DNA from: Deltaproteobacteria bacterium
GTDB lineage: Bacteria > JAGRBM01 > JAHCIT01
Assembly (NCBI GenBank): GCA_026129095.1
Contig: JAHCIT010000002.1
Coordinates: 62,001 to 126,000 of the forward strand
DNA length: 64,000 nt
Reading direction: 5' to 3'
The notes below the pieces were generated by a model, which was not told the DNA's origin, did no database searches, and saw only the letters and a list, made by a program, of their open reading frames with translations. Positions 36,601 to 42,840 of this stretch are shown in pieces. Within the stretch, counting starts at the first letter, position 1; each line of letters opens with the position of its first letter. Made by a program: the position numbers and the translations under genes.

Positions 36601-39091
36601 CGGTTCCCGACACGACGACGCTGGGGGTGGCATTGTTGACGTACGCAACCTGGATGCTGTTTCCGTCGGTCCCGGCCGCCCTCGCCCGGACCCGGACCCG
36701 GCCGTTGGCATCAGCACCGGCCGTGAACAGGGTCGCGTAGTTTCCGTTGTTGACCGCATCGATAATTTCCTCGGCGGTCGAACGGGCCGTGGCACCCGAC
36801 GTGCGCTCCAGGTTCACCGTGACCGTTCCGGGCGTTCCCGCCACAGTAATGCTCTGGCGCGTAAAATCTGCTCCGGGAAGCACGTACGAAACCGTCGCAC
36901 CATTGCGTGTCGTGTCGCCCGCCGGACCATGGAACCGGATCGCATCGTCCGTGACGCCGGAATCGTCCACGACGATCTGCGTGGGAGTACCCACCGTGCC
37001 GCTCCGCGAGATCATGGTCGTGGTCTCGCTCGTGACCGATGTCTGCGTGTTGGTGGACTTGACTGTCACGCTGGTGACGTTCGATCCCCTGCCGCCGGTA
37101 AAGCTGGCCAGGGCGACGCCGCCGCTGACGGCGTTGCCCGCGCAAGGCTGGATCGAGCACTGGGCGGTCACCAGGTTGCGGGCGCCCGGATGGTTGTTGA
37201 TGAGGTTCACCACTGTCTGGGCAGGTGTGGCATCGGGGAAGGTCACCGTGATGTCGAGATTGTTTGCGCCCCCGATCGTGACGGCGGCCGCGCCGACGGT
37301 CTTGGTCACGGTAAGCTGGTTGCCCCATGCCCCCGGTGCATTGGCCCGGAGCAGCACGTCATCTGCACCACCAGCCGCGCCATTCGTGATTTCGCGTGTC
37401 GCCGCGCCCTGCGGCGGTGCGACAGACGTGCCATCCCAGATCACGCCGGAAACGGTCGCCTGATTCACGAAGCCATGATTGCGCTCCGCGAAGCTCTGGC
37501 CCTTGGTGGTGGTTCCGGACGTCTGGAACCGGAGTTGCTGGACGTCGGCGTGATAAATACCGTACGACACCCCCGTTCCCGCAGCGGTCAGGGGGTGGGA
37601 GAGGTTCATCGTGCTCAAGGGAGCGCCGGCCCTCGGCAGCGCCGGCACGATACGGCGGACATCGCCGCCGTTCACTCCGCTCTGGATCACGAGCAGGTCG
37701 TTCTGGGCCACGTTGAGGGCGGCGAAGTTCTTCTTGGTCGAGGAGGCCGTCGTGCCGCCCGCGCTCACGTCCAGATCGGCAAAATGCTGGATGTAGCCCA
37801 CCGGTCCGAACGGAAGCTGCGTCGGGAAATCGCCCACCATCAGCGGCGAAGCGATGGATGTGCCGTCCGCTCCGCCGGTAAGATTGCGCACATCGCCCGA
37901 CGGGTTAGTGAATCCGCAGCCCGTCAGGTTGTTGGTCACGCCGCTGCTTTCATCCTGCACTGTAATGGCATTGCCGGCCGCGCCACGCACGAGCGACCAG
38001 ACACGGAAAACCGTGCTGCCTCCGGTAAAACTGGTGACGGCGCTGCCGTTATTGGCGAACTGGTCGGCATTGACCGCCGCCACGATCCGCTGCGCCACCA
38101 GTTCCTGGTTCGCCGCGTTGTTGGGCGATGCATCCTGGAAGTGGGTGCCGACAGTGTAGGTGCGGCCTGCGATGACGAAACTCTCGCCTGCATTGAAGAC
38201 GGAGTTCGCCACGGTGATGTCGCAGAAGGCGCGCGTGAAGGCGGTGTTCAGGACATGCGGCGGGATCGAATCGCGCGTTACCAGCAGGTCGCCCACATCA
38301 GGACTTGCCGGCGCGGCGAACGGAAGGTCGCAGTTGCCCGCGCAGTAGTTCAGTGTCGTGCCAATCCGGACTTCCGAACCCAGCGTACACGCCGAGTTTG
38401 CACAACGGAAAAACTCCACGCGGATCACGTGAAGCGTATCCCCGGACACCGCCGGATCAACTGTCAGGTCGACGGCTGGAGAGGCGTTCCACTGGCGCTG
38501 TCCGGAAGCGGCGAGAATCCGTGAGCCTCGGCAGTTGGCGAGAGCAGCATTCAGGTCGGCGGGATCACCGCCGACACCCAGCGCGCCAGCCGATGAAGCC
38601 GGAACCGTCGCCAACGCCGGACACGCCAGGACGCCGGTATAAACGCCGTCAGTAGTATCATTCTGATAGGTATTGCCTGTATCGAAGATGCGGCGGTCCT
38701 CGGTGCCGAATGATCCGCCCGTGGTGTTGTTGTACGGCGGACGGTCCAGCCAGGCGATCACACGGATGGCATTCGCGAGATGCGGATTGCCCGCCGACTG
38801 AACGGCAGCGCCCGTCATGGCACCACCCACTGTCAGCGTGTCGAACACGGTATTCAGCGGAATGACATTGCCGCTGGATACGTTGTACTGGGGTTCGCTG
38901 ATCGTGCCGATGGTGTCGCTGCCGTTCTTGATGTCGATCGCGCTTCCCGCCGTCTCCGGTGCCCGGGTAACGAGCTGCGCCTCGTCCTGCGCGTCATGCT
39001 CACCCTGCTGCCCCATGCCGCAGGCGGCGGCTCCCAATGCCAGCACCATCGCCAGCGCGCTGTTTCTGATTGCCCCGATGATCGTCCGCAT
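27650..39091 (-). CDS. Giant lipoprotein paralog C (~3813 aa; alternative in-frame start at 39190)
   Basis: Track ORF 27650..39322. ATG at 39091 follows AGGAG and gives MRTIIGAIRNSALAMVLALGAAAC (lipobox). The mature N-terminus (GSAIDIK..ISEPQYNV) resembles paralog A (GSAVSIK..ISNPQYQV). The core is shared with A and B. Confidence 0.93.
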   Translation of the reverse strand: MRTIIGAIRNSALAMVLALGAAACGMGQQGEHDAQDEAQLVTRAPETAGSAIDIKNGSDTIGTISEPQYNVSSGNVIPLNTVFDTLTVGGAMTGAAVQSAGNPHLANAIRVIAWLDRPPYNNTTGGSFGTEDRRIFDTGNTYQNDTTDGVYTGVLACPALATVPASSAGALGVGGDPADLNAALANCRGSRILAASGQRQWNASPAVDLTVDPAVSGDTLHVIRVEFFRCANSACTLGSEVRIGTTLNYCAGNCDLPFAAPASPDVGDLLVTRDSIPPHVLNTAFTRAFCDITVANSVFNAGESFVIAGRTYTVGTHFQDASPNNAANQELVAQRIVAAVNADQFANNGSAVTSFTGGSTVFRVWSLVRGAAGNAITVQDESSGVTNNLTGCGFTNPSGDVRNLTGGADGTSIASPLMVGDFPTQLPFGPVGYIQHFADLDVSAGGTTASSTKKNFAALNVAQNDLLVIQSGVNGGDVRRIVPALPRAGAPLSTMNLSHPLTAAGTGVSYGIYHADVQQLRFQTSGTTTKGQSFAERNHGFVNQATVSGVIWDGTSVAPPQGAATREITNGAAGGADDVLLRANAPGAWGNQLTVTKTVGAAAVTIGGANNLDITVTFPDATPAQTVVNLINNHPGARNLVTAQCSIQPCAGNAVSGGVALASFTGGRGSNVTSVTVKSTNTQTSVTSETTTMISRSGTVGTPTQIVVDDSGVTDDAIRFHGPAGDTTRNGATVSYVLPGADFTRQSITVAGTPGTVTVNLERTSGATARSTAEEIIDAVNNGNYATLFTAGADANGRVRVRARAAGTDGNSIQVAYVNNATPSVVVSGTAPNIVVTVNTPIPGTTATAVANMINTSTDASQWVYASVARGTTGASNVSAFAATNLAGGTAWNGWLKAMTARGDTGAGIPTVAATPAAAVMRGAAATGALVSSNPKIIVAPYWGGNCNPSNVTLNHESIGTSFAAICYTAVLDLTEGNTVFEVRANDATGNATRDGSSCTSAGATDLCHYPATTNLIVDRTPPQLLSQYGNGTLAATGFESQKVWAQGATNPGAGAYQTFASTVAIRGLVKDFVPGTITVDDTTSRDSGRTYVRVQSDYLGYDSFAISGGTDARGSPIPATDADVTAPSTADRGYYHYDNVPLRPGGITSFTVTGWDQAGNSATHSFTVQHFEAATTTPPAFALDCIVDNVPRNAGGTQILACEMDDFTPNTNSPIVIRTQAPEIGGATGDPCENDPSANGRFGDCGAPSEQTSALTFSGLPTGTIPPLSQTIVSADRVSFSGRYLTLEGLPPTVLVNGSGGVFTNFDIMPRDSAGSSDVLGTVASGGGGTNQIVTGTAVTNLNLRPGDALSLSSLDPNQSSNVGLYQIEGCTTNAAGACTGTGLTLNRVLSQSATGMFYQAAWIWMANNLVVPAEGVNTFSFKATDALGNERNYSIPVLRDTQPPAIVIQGIFVDPSSLDPVEMQSVNPIVFITDSSMFFGTSVSNPRSYISVKRSDSNGEGLVYSVTTGASPTVFTSTTATNACRRAVNECVGREVRFLTTGGGSAQNLGVTRSITASTVGGQITVNPAYPQNVLVGDTFVIVPATEHFAYTGSGVAEGANRASSLDNADNTAGVGYSCTAGSALSGVNALGQATAATRAAPLGVQPLTCDFSCTNKDGNPNNQCTPGSPLTYEIVSFAVDRGNRSSTAQASFSLVESTAGALLGGALGVLSTNPALVSALSDSTGLRTLALDQVSTSGVLYNLNYRMATLLGDPNQPISATVNTRANFYLDSRDKFGSLLGTVLTDPDGSGSAQSTAVTLANVVRILLDNGVFDDVLPILDDTRILDPKARTNFPSGPDQGDASKMSDFMEKLLRDPNETGAACNVGPHAQEAYTCFANAGPVKETFDAIKATLDYGDSLRMKNASTRPRVSGTNAVLTATTVTSATGSFQPVGAVPTSVVNVQPGDIVTITQTGSSCNTSTAEVVSITSNTVLVTTNWSANCVTDCGGGCEFRITPPAGPALNAVIELADIMLFADLDADGRGGEREAIQGILHLIEEGMRNISNGAETTYDRISLLCPANDGVADPCAATATTAAQMLNFTRGRNIQGSLDLFAELADNNDANDGTEFVSQVLNLVNFLLQEHNDAGDPGGPPKGATNIEAKSFIAKDMFQNLLQEPSFTNPNLVSMTSPTTRQNTRLNLLLRSIAALSYDRTPVTINFGSPSNPTADNAIEATLSLIHTLANDPDDNPRGCGNPACGVLVPPGSNEQKSIIDKLETPLDTLLQDSRFPTLLLNLSSVLDPGSGISDFTAFQYTGNISEQPFTTTLSPNPYTVNPPLLRVLMEFSKSRIDGNLNGTFDTGEKTPVDVTVDALNVLLTPIGTDTGGEDFDPVLLSVNTDVCREAWFQGRTPMELLLDIVAQLAQPATKDPKDYDYRNRTLPDCHATVAEGDPKSDNRTYIRIILDALTDDPDTDDDNSTAATNSVVAPNAFSIAGGDASNVNGWDDVTPGVTAGYRAGNRAFHNNITTGSCSGAAPSGTRKANAGDGLAVPQRTLDILPEILNTLTRYGFNNSDQLTSIFANCVGAACEKNNGYPTGTQRWLSGQRMMIDLGLIMDQPIQIGGGTTGIVSFEQSLTREFIEAIANLTSTQAVNQVVLLFDRMTESIAPVTGTLKIPNPEDVTRSTSLIRALADPDGDGDPLPDGIVDDLVPLIQAISAAGMTQQVLDLLRAVRACGVDIPSGEKDVRGGELLLQAEDVTLTMLDAFSGALKDTALGGYTPSDPTLAGGTAPSTDGAGLCPQEGPAPGGPGLAGGILDSNPNGATSASYPVNRGVITAGDDLRVFVEDNEGGIGGVANNFRVFAGNWASAVNSTVGAAPAPTASVFAGSGLSGVAGDYVGSLLTITSGALINRSRVVTAYNGTTLTVTPPFSAVPAAGVTFTIVAPSRRFGQLGVGVNGFVCVVQTFTPYDEACGVILSSDTAGTAPYHNGTPSTTGGYLRFNNTTSGNLGNVVALAMGGCDQRNPAGFTSGGKCSYRIRQMREPYNGCVGGVAFGGTGFGVRLSSSGGLDPIQTNSFRDSRLDLMLRQLNFLADGGNEVNLTTSSFSRRLSNLINTIGTPDTLLAKPSILSTFMFGVAGPSSGETGPLQALLNDSAARSALAGTLNLFSQTAAAVAVPGVSGEDPLDRFPNFIAASGWAEPAGANCINSATTCDGNGIHDAVDYQLLAVQGLLAILGDQDGADNISGINGTASAARQGWSDDPGVLFRGVSQMLQEKYISNLVPGLQIISEATTAVPMSAMDVRANPEAANAPLISNKIEAKALSRITRRTAKSVNGGEEGVCGECNWPAASFPAAQGGILANLGAAPNGVYEGPIQGLVKTVFGILDQWESNRDYDSTAGVQPPFGATASSSLNNRMERSRFVAIEDLVGTLTGATGGPKHLNKALSILYDIVLDTSAGPTVDRSINKILSVQVGLAQRGVVDPLNTNKSALDVVADFINTLVEDPTDCDAVTNGFQRGSGTSTLPQCDIGSANHVANPNAVFRDVGPLVERPIQPILDPTAFTSLSQLFAGGDNSKITGALPFLAALVRDSYTKEIQNKPPTGTATVVYRGIEYSAGVLMADALFADIQDLIPDEDENRYDPLLTDDMNRNGRLDGASVTLAGFGSSAAGPWMSIFDQAAVAACIIASPGVCPHIEVDNIAFDCSPRQGTPNGTVLQNCTAANGTPLANGVPNANFADRRLQIGFTAADGGVTIGNVNGINAAFFDVLADLIALEDYTRIVNNQLPRTNTGQTMDHYTARALGVKSVDPAFNDMITALGDLLLQSNQ

Positions 39092-39575
39092 AGTCGCTCC
39101 TGATTTCACCCGCACGAAGCAGGTCCGCGCTCCATCTGCGCCGGTTCCGCATCCACTGTGCTGTCCGGCTGTTCTGTTCTTCGCGTCCATGTTCGTGCTC
39201 CTTAAAACGGCTTCCGTATTCGCACACATGCCGGCACGGTTACCATTTAAGGCACCATCGCCGGGGAAGTCCCGCCTCGGTCCAGTCGCAAACAGGGCTG
39301 TGCTTGTTGCAGAACAAAACACAGACCTTCGGCTGACTTATTAAAAGGAATTATAAGGAGGGAACATCAACGATGCAAAGGATTTAACCGTCCGTAACTG
39401 CCCGGCTTTACGATTGTTTTCAACGTGATGCGCCTCATTCGGGTGAGGCGTGTCCGGGCGGGCGGACACGCCAGACAGCGCATCGCGTTATAGCCGCGCA
39501 ATACCTCGACCAACTACCCGGAACTCCAGCGGACTTCCAGGCTCACTGTTGATGCAAAACGTGACAAGGCACTTA

Positions 39576-39625
39576 TTATCCAAAATCCGTGATTCGGCAT
39601 CGAGTAGCCAATAAAGTTATCCACA
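39576..39625 (+). promoter_or_regulatory. Two DnaA-box-like 9-mers
   Basis: TTATCCACA (perfect, 39617-39625) and TTATCCAAA (1 mismatch, 39576-39584) in the same orientation in an AT-richer intergenic region. Confidence 0.4.
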
Positions 39626-39656
39626 TTCATCTGACGCATTCCGTCAGATGCCCGTT

Positions 39657-40796
39657 TCAGTCCCAAACGGCGGCCACCGGCGTGAAAAGCGAGAGCGATT
39701 TCCCCAAATGTGTGGCCGAGACGAGCCCCACGAGCGATCCGTCAAGCGAGATGACCGGGCCTCCCGAATCCCCCGGACGCACACGCTGGTTGAGCACAAA
39801 AAAGGGAATTGCGTCCTGGGCACCGGACCGTCCGATCACTGTTCCTACCACCGGAACGTATACCCAGGCGTCGGTGGCGCTCATGCACTCACCCTGGGCC
39901 TGCGGCGGGCGGCGGCACATGTGAACGGCAAAATGAACCTGATCGAACTCAGCAGGTGACCGGACAGCGCCGGGACGGGCATCTTCAAGAAGCCGGTGGG
40001 CCGCAGCTTCCGGAGAAATCCGCGGAGCGCCGGTCCCCGACTCCCGGGTGGCCGAGATTTCCAGGCACCGCGAGGGAAGCCCGCCCCGCACCAGTTCATA
40101 GCCGGCCAGATCCAGAACCCCTTCCCTGCCACCCAGACGTCCTGCCGGATTCTCCAGCCCGTCTCTCCGGCAAACCGTATGTTCGAACACGACCAGCGCC
40201 GGCGCCTGCTCCGGCACCAGCAGGGCGTTCAGGGGATCGTACCGGTAGCGAACCAGATGAACCCATCCCTCACCTTTCAGTTCGGCCACGCAGTGTCCGG
40301 CCGTATAGAGGCGAACGTCGTCACCGCGGCGGACAAGATAGCCCGTGCAGCGGCTGACACGTTCATTCCGGCCGTGAACGATGATGAGCGACACCAGCCC
40401 ACGTGCCAGGTTGTCCAGTGGCGCAGCCGCACCGGCACCAGCTGTCTCCAGGAAACCCTCGAAAATGGACTGGGCCAGGGCGAGCTGCCTGCGCAGCTTC
40501 TGCTCGGTCGCCTGCCCGTCGTCGATGCAGCCCGAAACGCCCTGCACGAGCGTCTCCCGGTCGCGGTAGCACCGTTCCAGCGCCGCCTCCACCTCGCCCA
40601 GCCGCGATTCCGCCGGCTGTGAAGCGGCCTGAACGGGCATTTCGGGCGTCAGGCGGCGCGGCGAACCACTGCTCCGTCCCCAAATTGCGAACAGGCTCAA
40701 ACCCGCAACCAGTCCAACAGCAAACGCCATCCACGTGCGAAACCCCGCCTTTCCGTCCGGCCTCCCTGTGTCTCCGTTTGCCTTGGCTCGCTCCAT
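39657..40796 (-). CDS. Membrane-anchored trypsin-like (S1) serine protease
   Basis: Triad motifs TAGHC (His), LDLA (Asp) and GDSGGP (Ser). N-terminal TM segment WMAFAVGLVAGLSLFAIW followed by a coiled-coil-like stretch. Start trimmed to ATG 40796 to avoid overlap with the divergent gene. Confidence 0.85.
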   Translation of the reverse strand: MERAKANGDTGRPDGKAGFRTWMAFAVGLVAGLSLFAIWGRSSGSPRRLTPEMPVQAASQPAESRLGEVEAALERCYRDRETLVQGVSGCIDDGQATEQKLRRQLALAQSIFEGFLETAGAGAAAPLDNLARGLVSLIIVHGRNERVSRCTGYLVRRGDDVRLYTAGHCVAELKGEGWVHLVRYRYDPLNALLVPEQAPALVVFEHTVCRRDGLENPAGRLGGREGVLDLAGYELVRGGLPSRCLEISATRESGTGAPRISPEAAAHRLLEDARPGAVRSPAEFDQVHFAVHMCRRPPQAQGECMSATDAWVYVPVVGTVIGRSGAQDAIPFFVLNQRVRPGDSGGPVISLDGSLVGLVSATHLGKSLSLFTPVAAVWD

Positions 40797-40815
40797 CGGG
40801 TTCCCTTGCGCAAGC

Positions 40816-42126
40816 ATGACCTCTCCGGCCACAACTTCCCACCCGTCCGATTCGCCTCCCCCCTCCCGGCTTGCCTGGCGGGTCACGCCGGCAGGCCTCG
40901 CCCTGATCACTACGCTGGTCTACTTCGGAGTGCTGTCGGGCCTGTGGACCCTGTTCCGGCGGGATACTTTCCAGAACTACTTTGACGGATACGTGCGGGC
41001 CTCAAGCGAAACCGTCCGCCGCCGTTACCGCGCCAAGTTCCAGCAGTCTGCGCCACACGACTCGGACGGCCGCCTGCTGGCGATCCTTGAGGCGCCGGAC
41101 TCGACGCAGGCGGAACGCCTCGCCGCCACCGAGCTTCTGGGCCGAAGCGGGGCCACTGATATCCTGCCGGTGCTCATCCGGCTGGAGCAGCAGTCGCAGG
41201 AGCCCCAGATCCGGCTTGCCTCCATCATGGCAATGGGCTCGGTGCCGTCGCATGAAGCCCGTGCGGAACTGGCCCGTTTGCTCGCCTCGGAAGACAGGGA
41301 AAGCCGGATTGCCGCCCTGAAAGCAATCCGCATGCACCGGCGTCAGGATCTGGGCGATTCCCTGCGCGAACGACTGACTGCCCCAACCGCTGACGAGCGC
41401 CTGGCGGCGGTGGCTGCGGCATCAGTTACCGGCGGCCTTGAATCCAGGCTTCTCGGTGTTTTCCGGTACGATCCGGACCCGGCAGTCCGGCTGGCCGCCG
41501 CCGGCAGCCTGCGGGAACTGCCCCGGCACGGGGTTATCCAGACACTGGCCGCCGCCGGTGACGGCTGGGTCCCAGTCCAGCCGGATCTGCCCCGGCGGCG
41601 GGTGAACCACATCCAGCGGATGCTGGAGGGTTCGTTCCTGTTCAGCATCGAGGACGCACTGTCGCAGCTCCAGGAAGGCGATCCTGATCTCGATTGCGAG
41701 GCGGAAGCCTGCCGGGCCGAGCGGGATTTCTACCGCGATCTGCTCCGGCGGCGGTCATCAGCCCGGATGGATATCATCGGCTTCCAGAAGGGGCGCCAGT
41801 CTCTCTACTTTGTGACCGGAACCTGGCTTACGGGGAACGTGAACCGGTACGCGGTGCTCGCGATGGTGCATGGCGCAGGCGAGCGGGACGCGGCATTCAC
41901 GATCCGGGAAACACCGATTGGCATGCTTGGCCGCGGCGGACCGGCACCGGGAAACAGGCCAGCGCTGGGACAGGTGCTTTCGGTAACCGGCACCCTGCGC
42001 GACGACAGCATCCGCGTGGAGATACTTGAACCGGACGGACGGCTGGCAACCTATTCGTTCCGTAACGGCGTATTTCACAACGTGGCCGCCGATCCCCCGG
42101 CCAATGGCGGAACGACTGTCCCCTGA
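40816..42126 (+). CDS. HEAT-repeat protein with N-terminal TM helix
   Basis: Repeats ERLAATELLG, IRLASIMAMG, SRIAALKAI, ERLAAVAAA and VRLAAAGSL. TM segment GLALITTLVYFGVLSGLWTLF. Start at ATG 40816 is inferred. Confidence 0.8.
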   Translation: MTSPATTSHPSDSPPPSRLAWRVTPAGLALITTLVYFGVLSGLWTLFRRDTFQNYFDGYVRASSETVRRRYRAKFQQSAPHDSDGRLLAILEAPDSTQAERLAATELLGRSGATDILPVLIRLEQQSQEPQIRLASIMAMGSVPSHEARAELARLLASEDRESRIAALKAIRMHRRQDLGDSLRERLTAPTADERLAAVAAASVTGGLESRLLGVFRYDPDPAVRLAAAGSLRELPRHGVIQTLAAAGDGWVPVQPDLPRRRVNHIQRMLEGSFLFSIEDALSQLQEGDPDLDCEAEACRAERDFYRDLLRRRSSARMDIIGFQKGRQSLYFVTGTWLTGNVNRYAVLAMVHGAGERDAAFTIRETPIGMLGRGGPAPGNRPALGQVLSVTGTLRDDSIRVEILEPDGRLATYSFRNGVFHNVAADPPANGGTTVP

Positions 42127-42135
42127 AGCAAAAGC

Positions 42136-42513
42136 CTACGCGTAGCAGAGCGTTGAGTTACCGAAGAACGCCTCAAGGCCCTGCCGGTCAACCAGGGGAC
42201 TGTCGCTTTCGGTCAGGTCAACGCCGATTCGCTCATGGCCGGTAATGATCACACCCCGCCGCTGCATGTGCTGGAGAATGCTGACTGCACCGGCGTCCAC
42301 GAAGCTGGCAAGGGTGAGGTCTATCTCCAGACCTTCGGCGTCGTCGACAATCTCGTCGGCAAGAAACTTGAGGGCGGCGGCGGACTCCTGGACCAGTGAG
42401 CCCTCAACTTTCCAGACGCGGATATCACGCCGGTCACGGCGGGGCACCTGGCGCACGGCAACTTCCGCTGGACAGGACAAATAAAGGATCGAATGCATGC
42501 TGGTCCCCTCCAA
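42136..42513 (-). CDS. Small STAS-like domain protein
   Basis: KVEGSL...LEIDLTLASFVDAGAVSIL matches the STAS pattern. The usual phospho-Ser position reads Ala. Confidence 0.6.
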   Translation of the reverse strand: MEGTSMHSILYLSCPAEVAVRQVPRRDRRDIRVWKVEGSLVQESAAALKFLADEIVDDAEGLEIDLTLASFVDAGAVSILQHMQRRGVIITGHERIGVDLTESDSPLVDRQGLEAFFGNSTLCYA

Positions 42514-42840
42514 ATTCGTGCAGGGCTGGCCGGCCTCTGGGGCTCACCTCTGCACTTGGGGACTAACAAGAACCGTGCCGTCTGACGGGAGATGCTGCGG
42601 GTATGCAGAAATGCGGACTGACGAGCATTTTCAGAACCTAAACGGCCCCAAACCGCCCGTCTGCAGTGAACCCTCACCGCAATAGTCAGGTTCAGTGACG
42701 CCTTTTGCGAACAGTCCAGTACAAGTCACGCATCCCTTGCGTGATATTTGTCGCATCCGGCGGGGAAATATTCATCATGGCGAAGAGATATCTGCGCCAG
42801 ACTGTTTAATTGTGGAATGGTCCCGAAGAGAGCCGCGTCA

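Noticed and set aside
14030-38524. Plus-strand ORFs of 300-819 aa over paralogs B and C
   Set aside because: Antisense shadows of well-supported minus-strand genes.
1-39322. Prophage or contractile injection system suggested by sheath-like motifs
   Set aside because: No stand-alone sheath, tube, baseplate, terminase or integrase genes; the motifs are domains inside lipoproteins.
27640-39488. 12-bp inverted repeat (ACGCGATGCGCT) flanking gene C as an invertible segment
   Set aside because: Short and GC-rich, so likely by chance; no recombinase nearby; one copy is explained by a local stem.
39340-39650. Replication origin
   Set aside because: Only two DnaA boxes, no clear unwinding element, and no dnaA/dnaN/gidA context.
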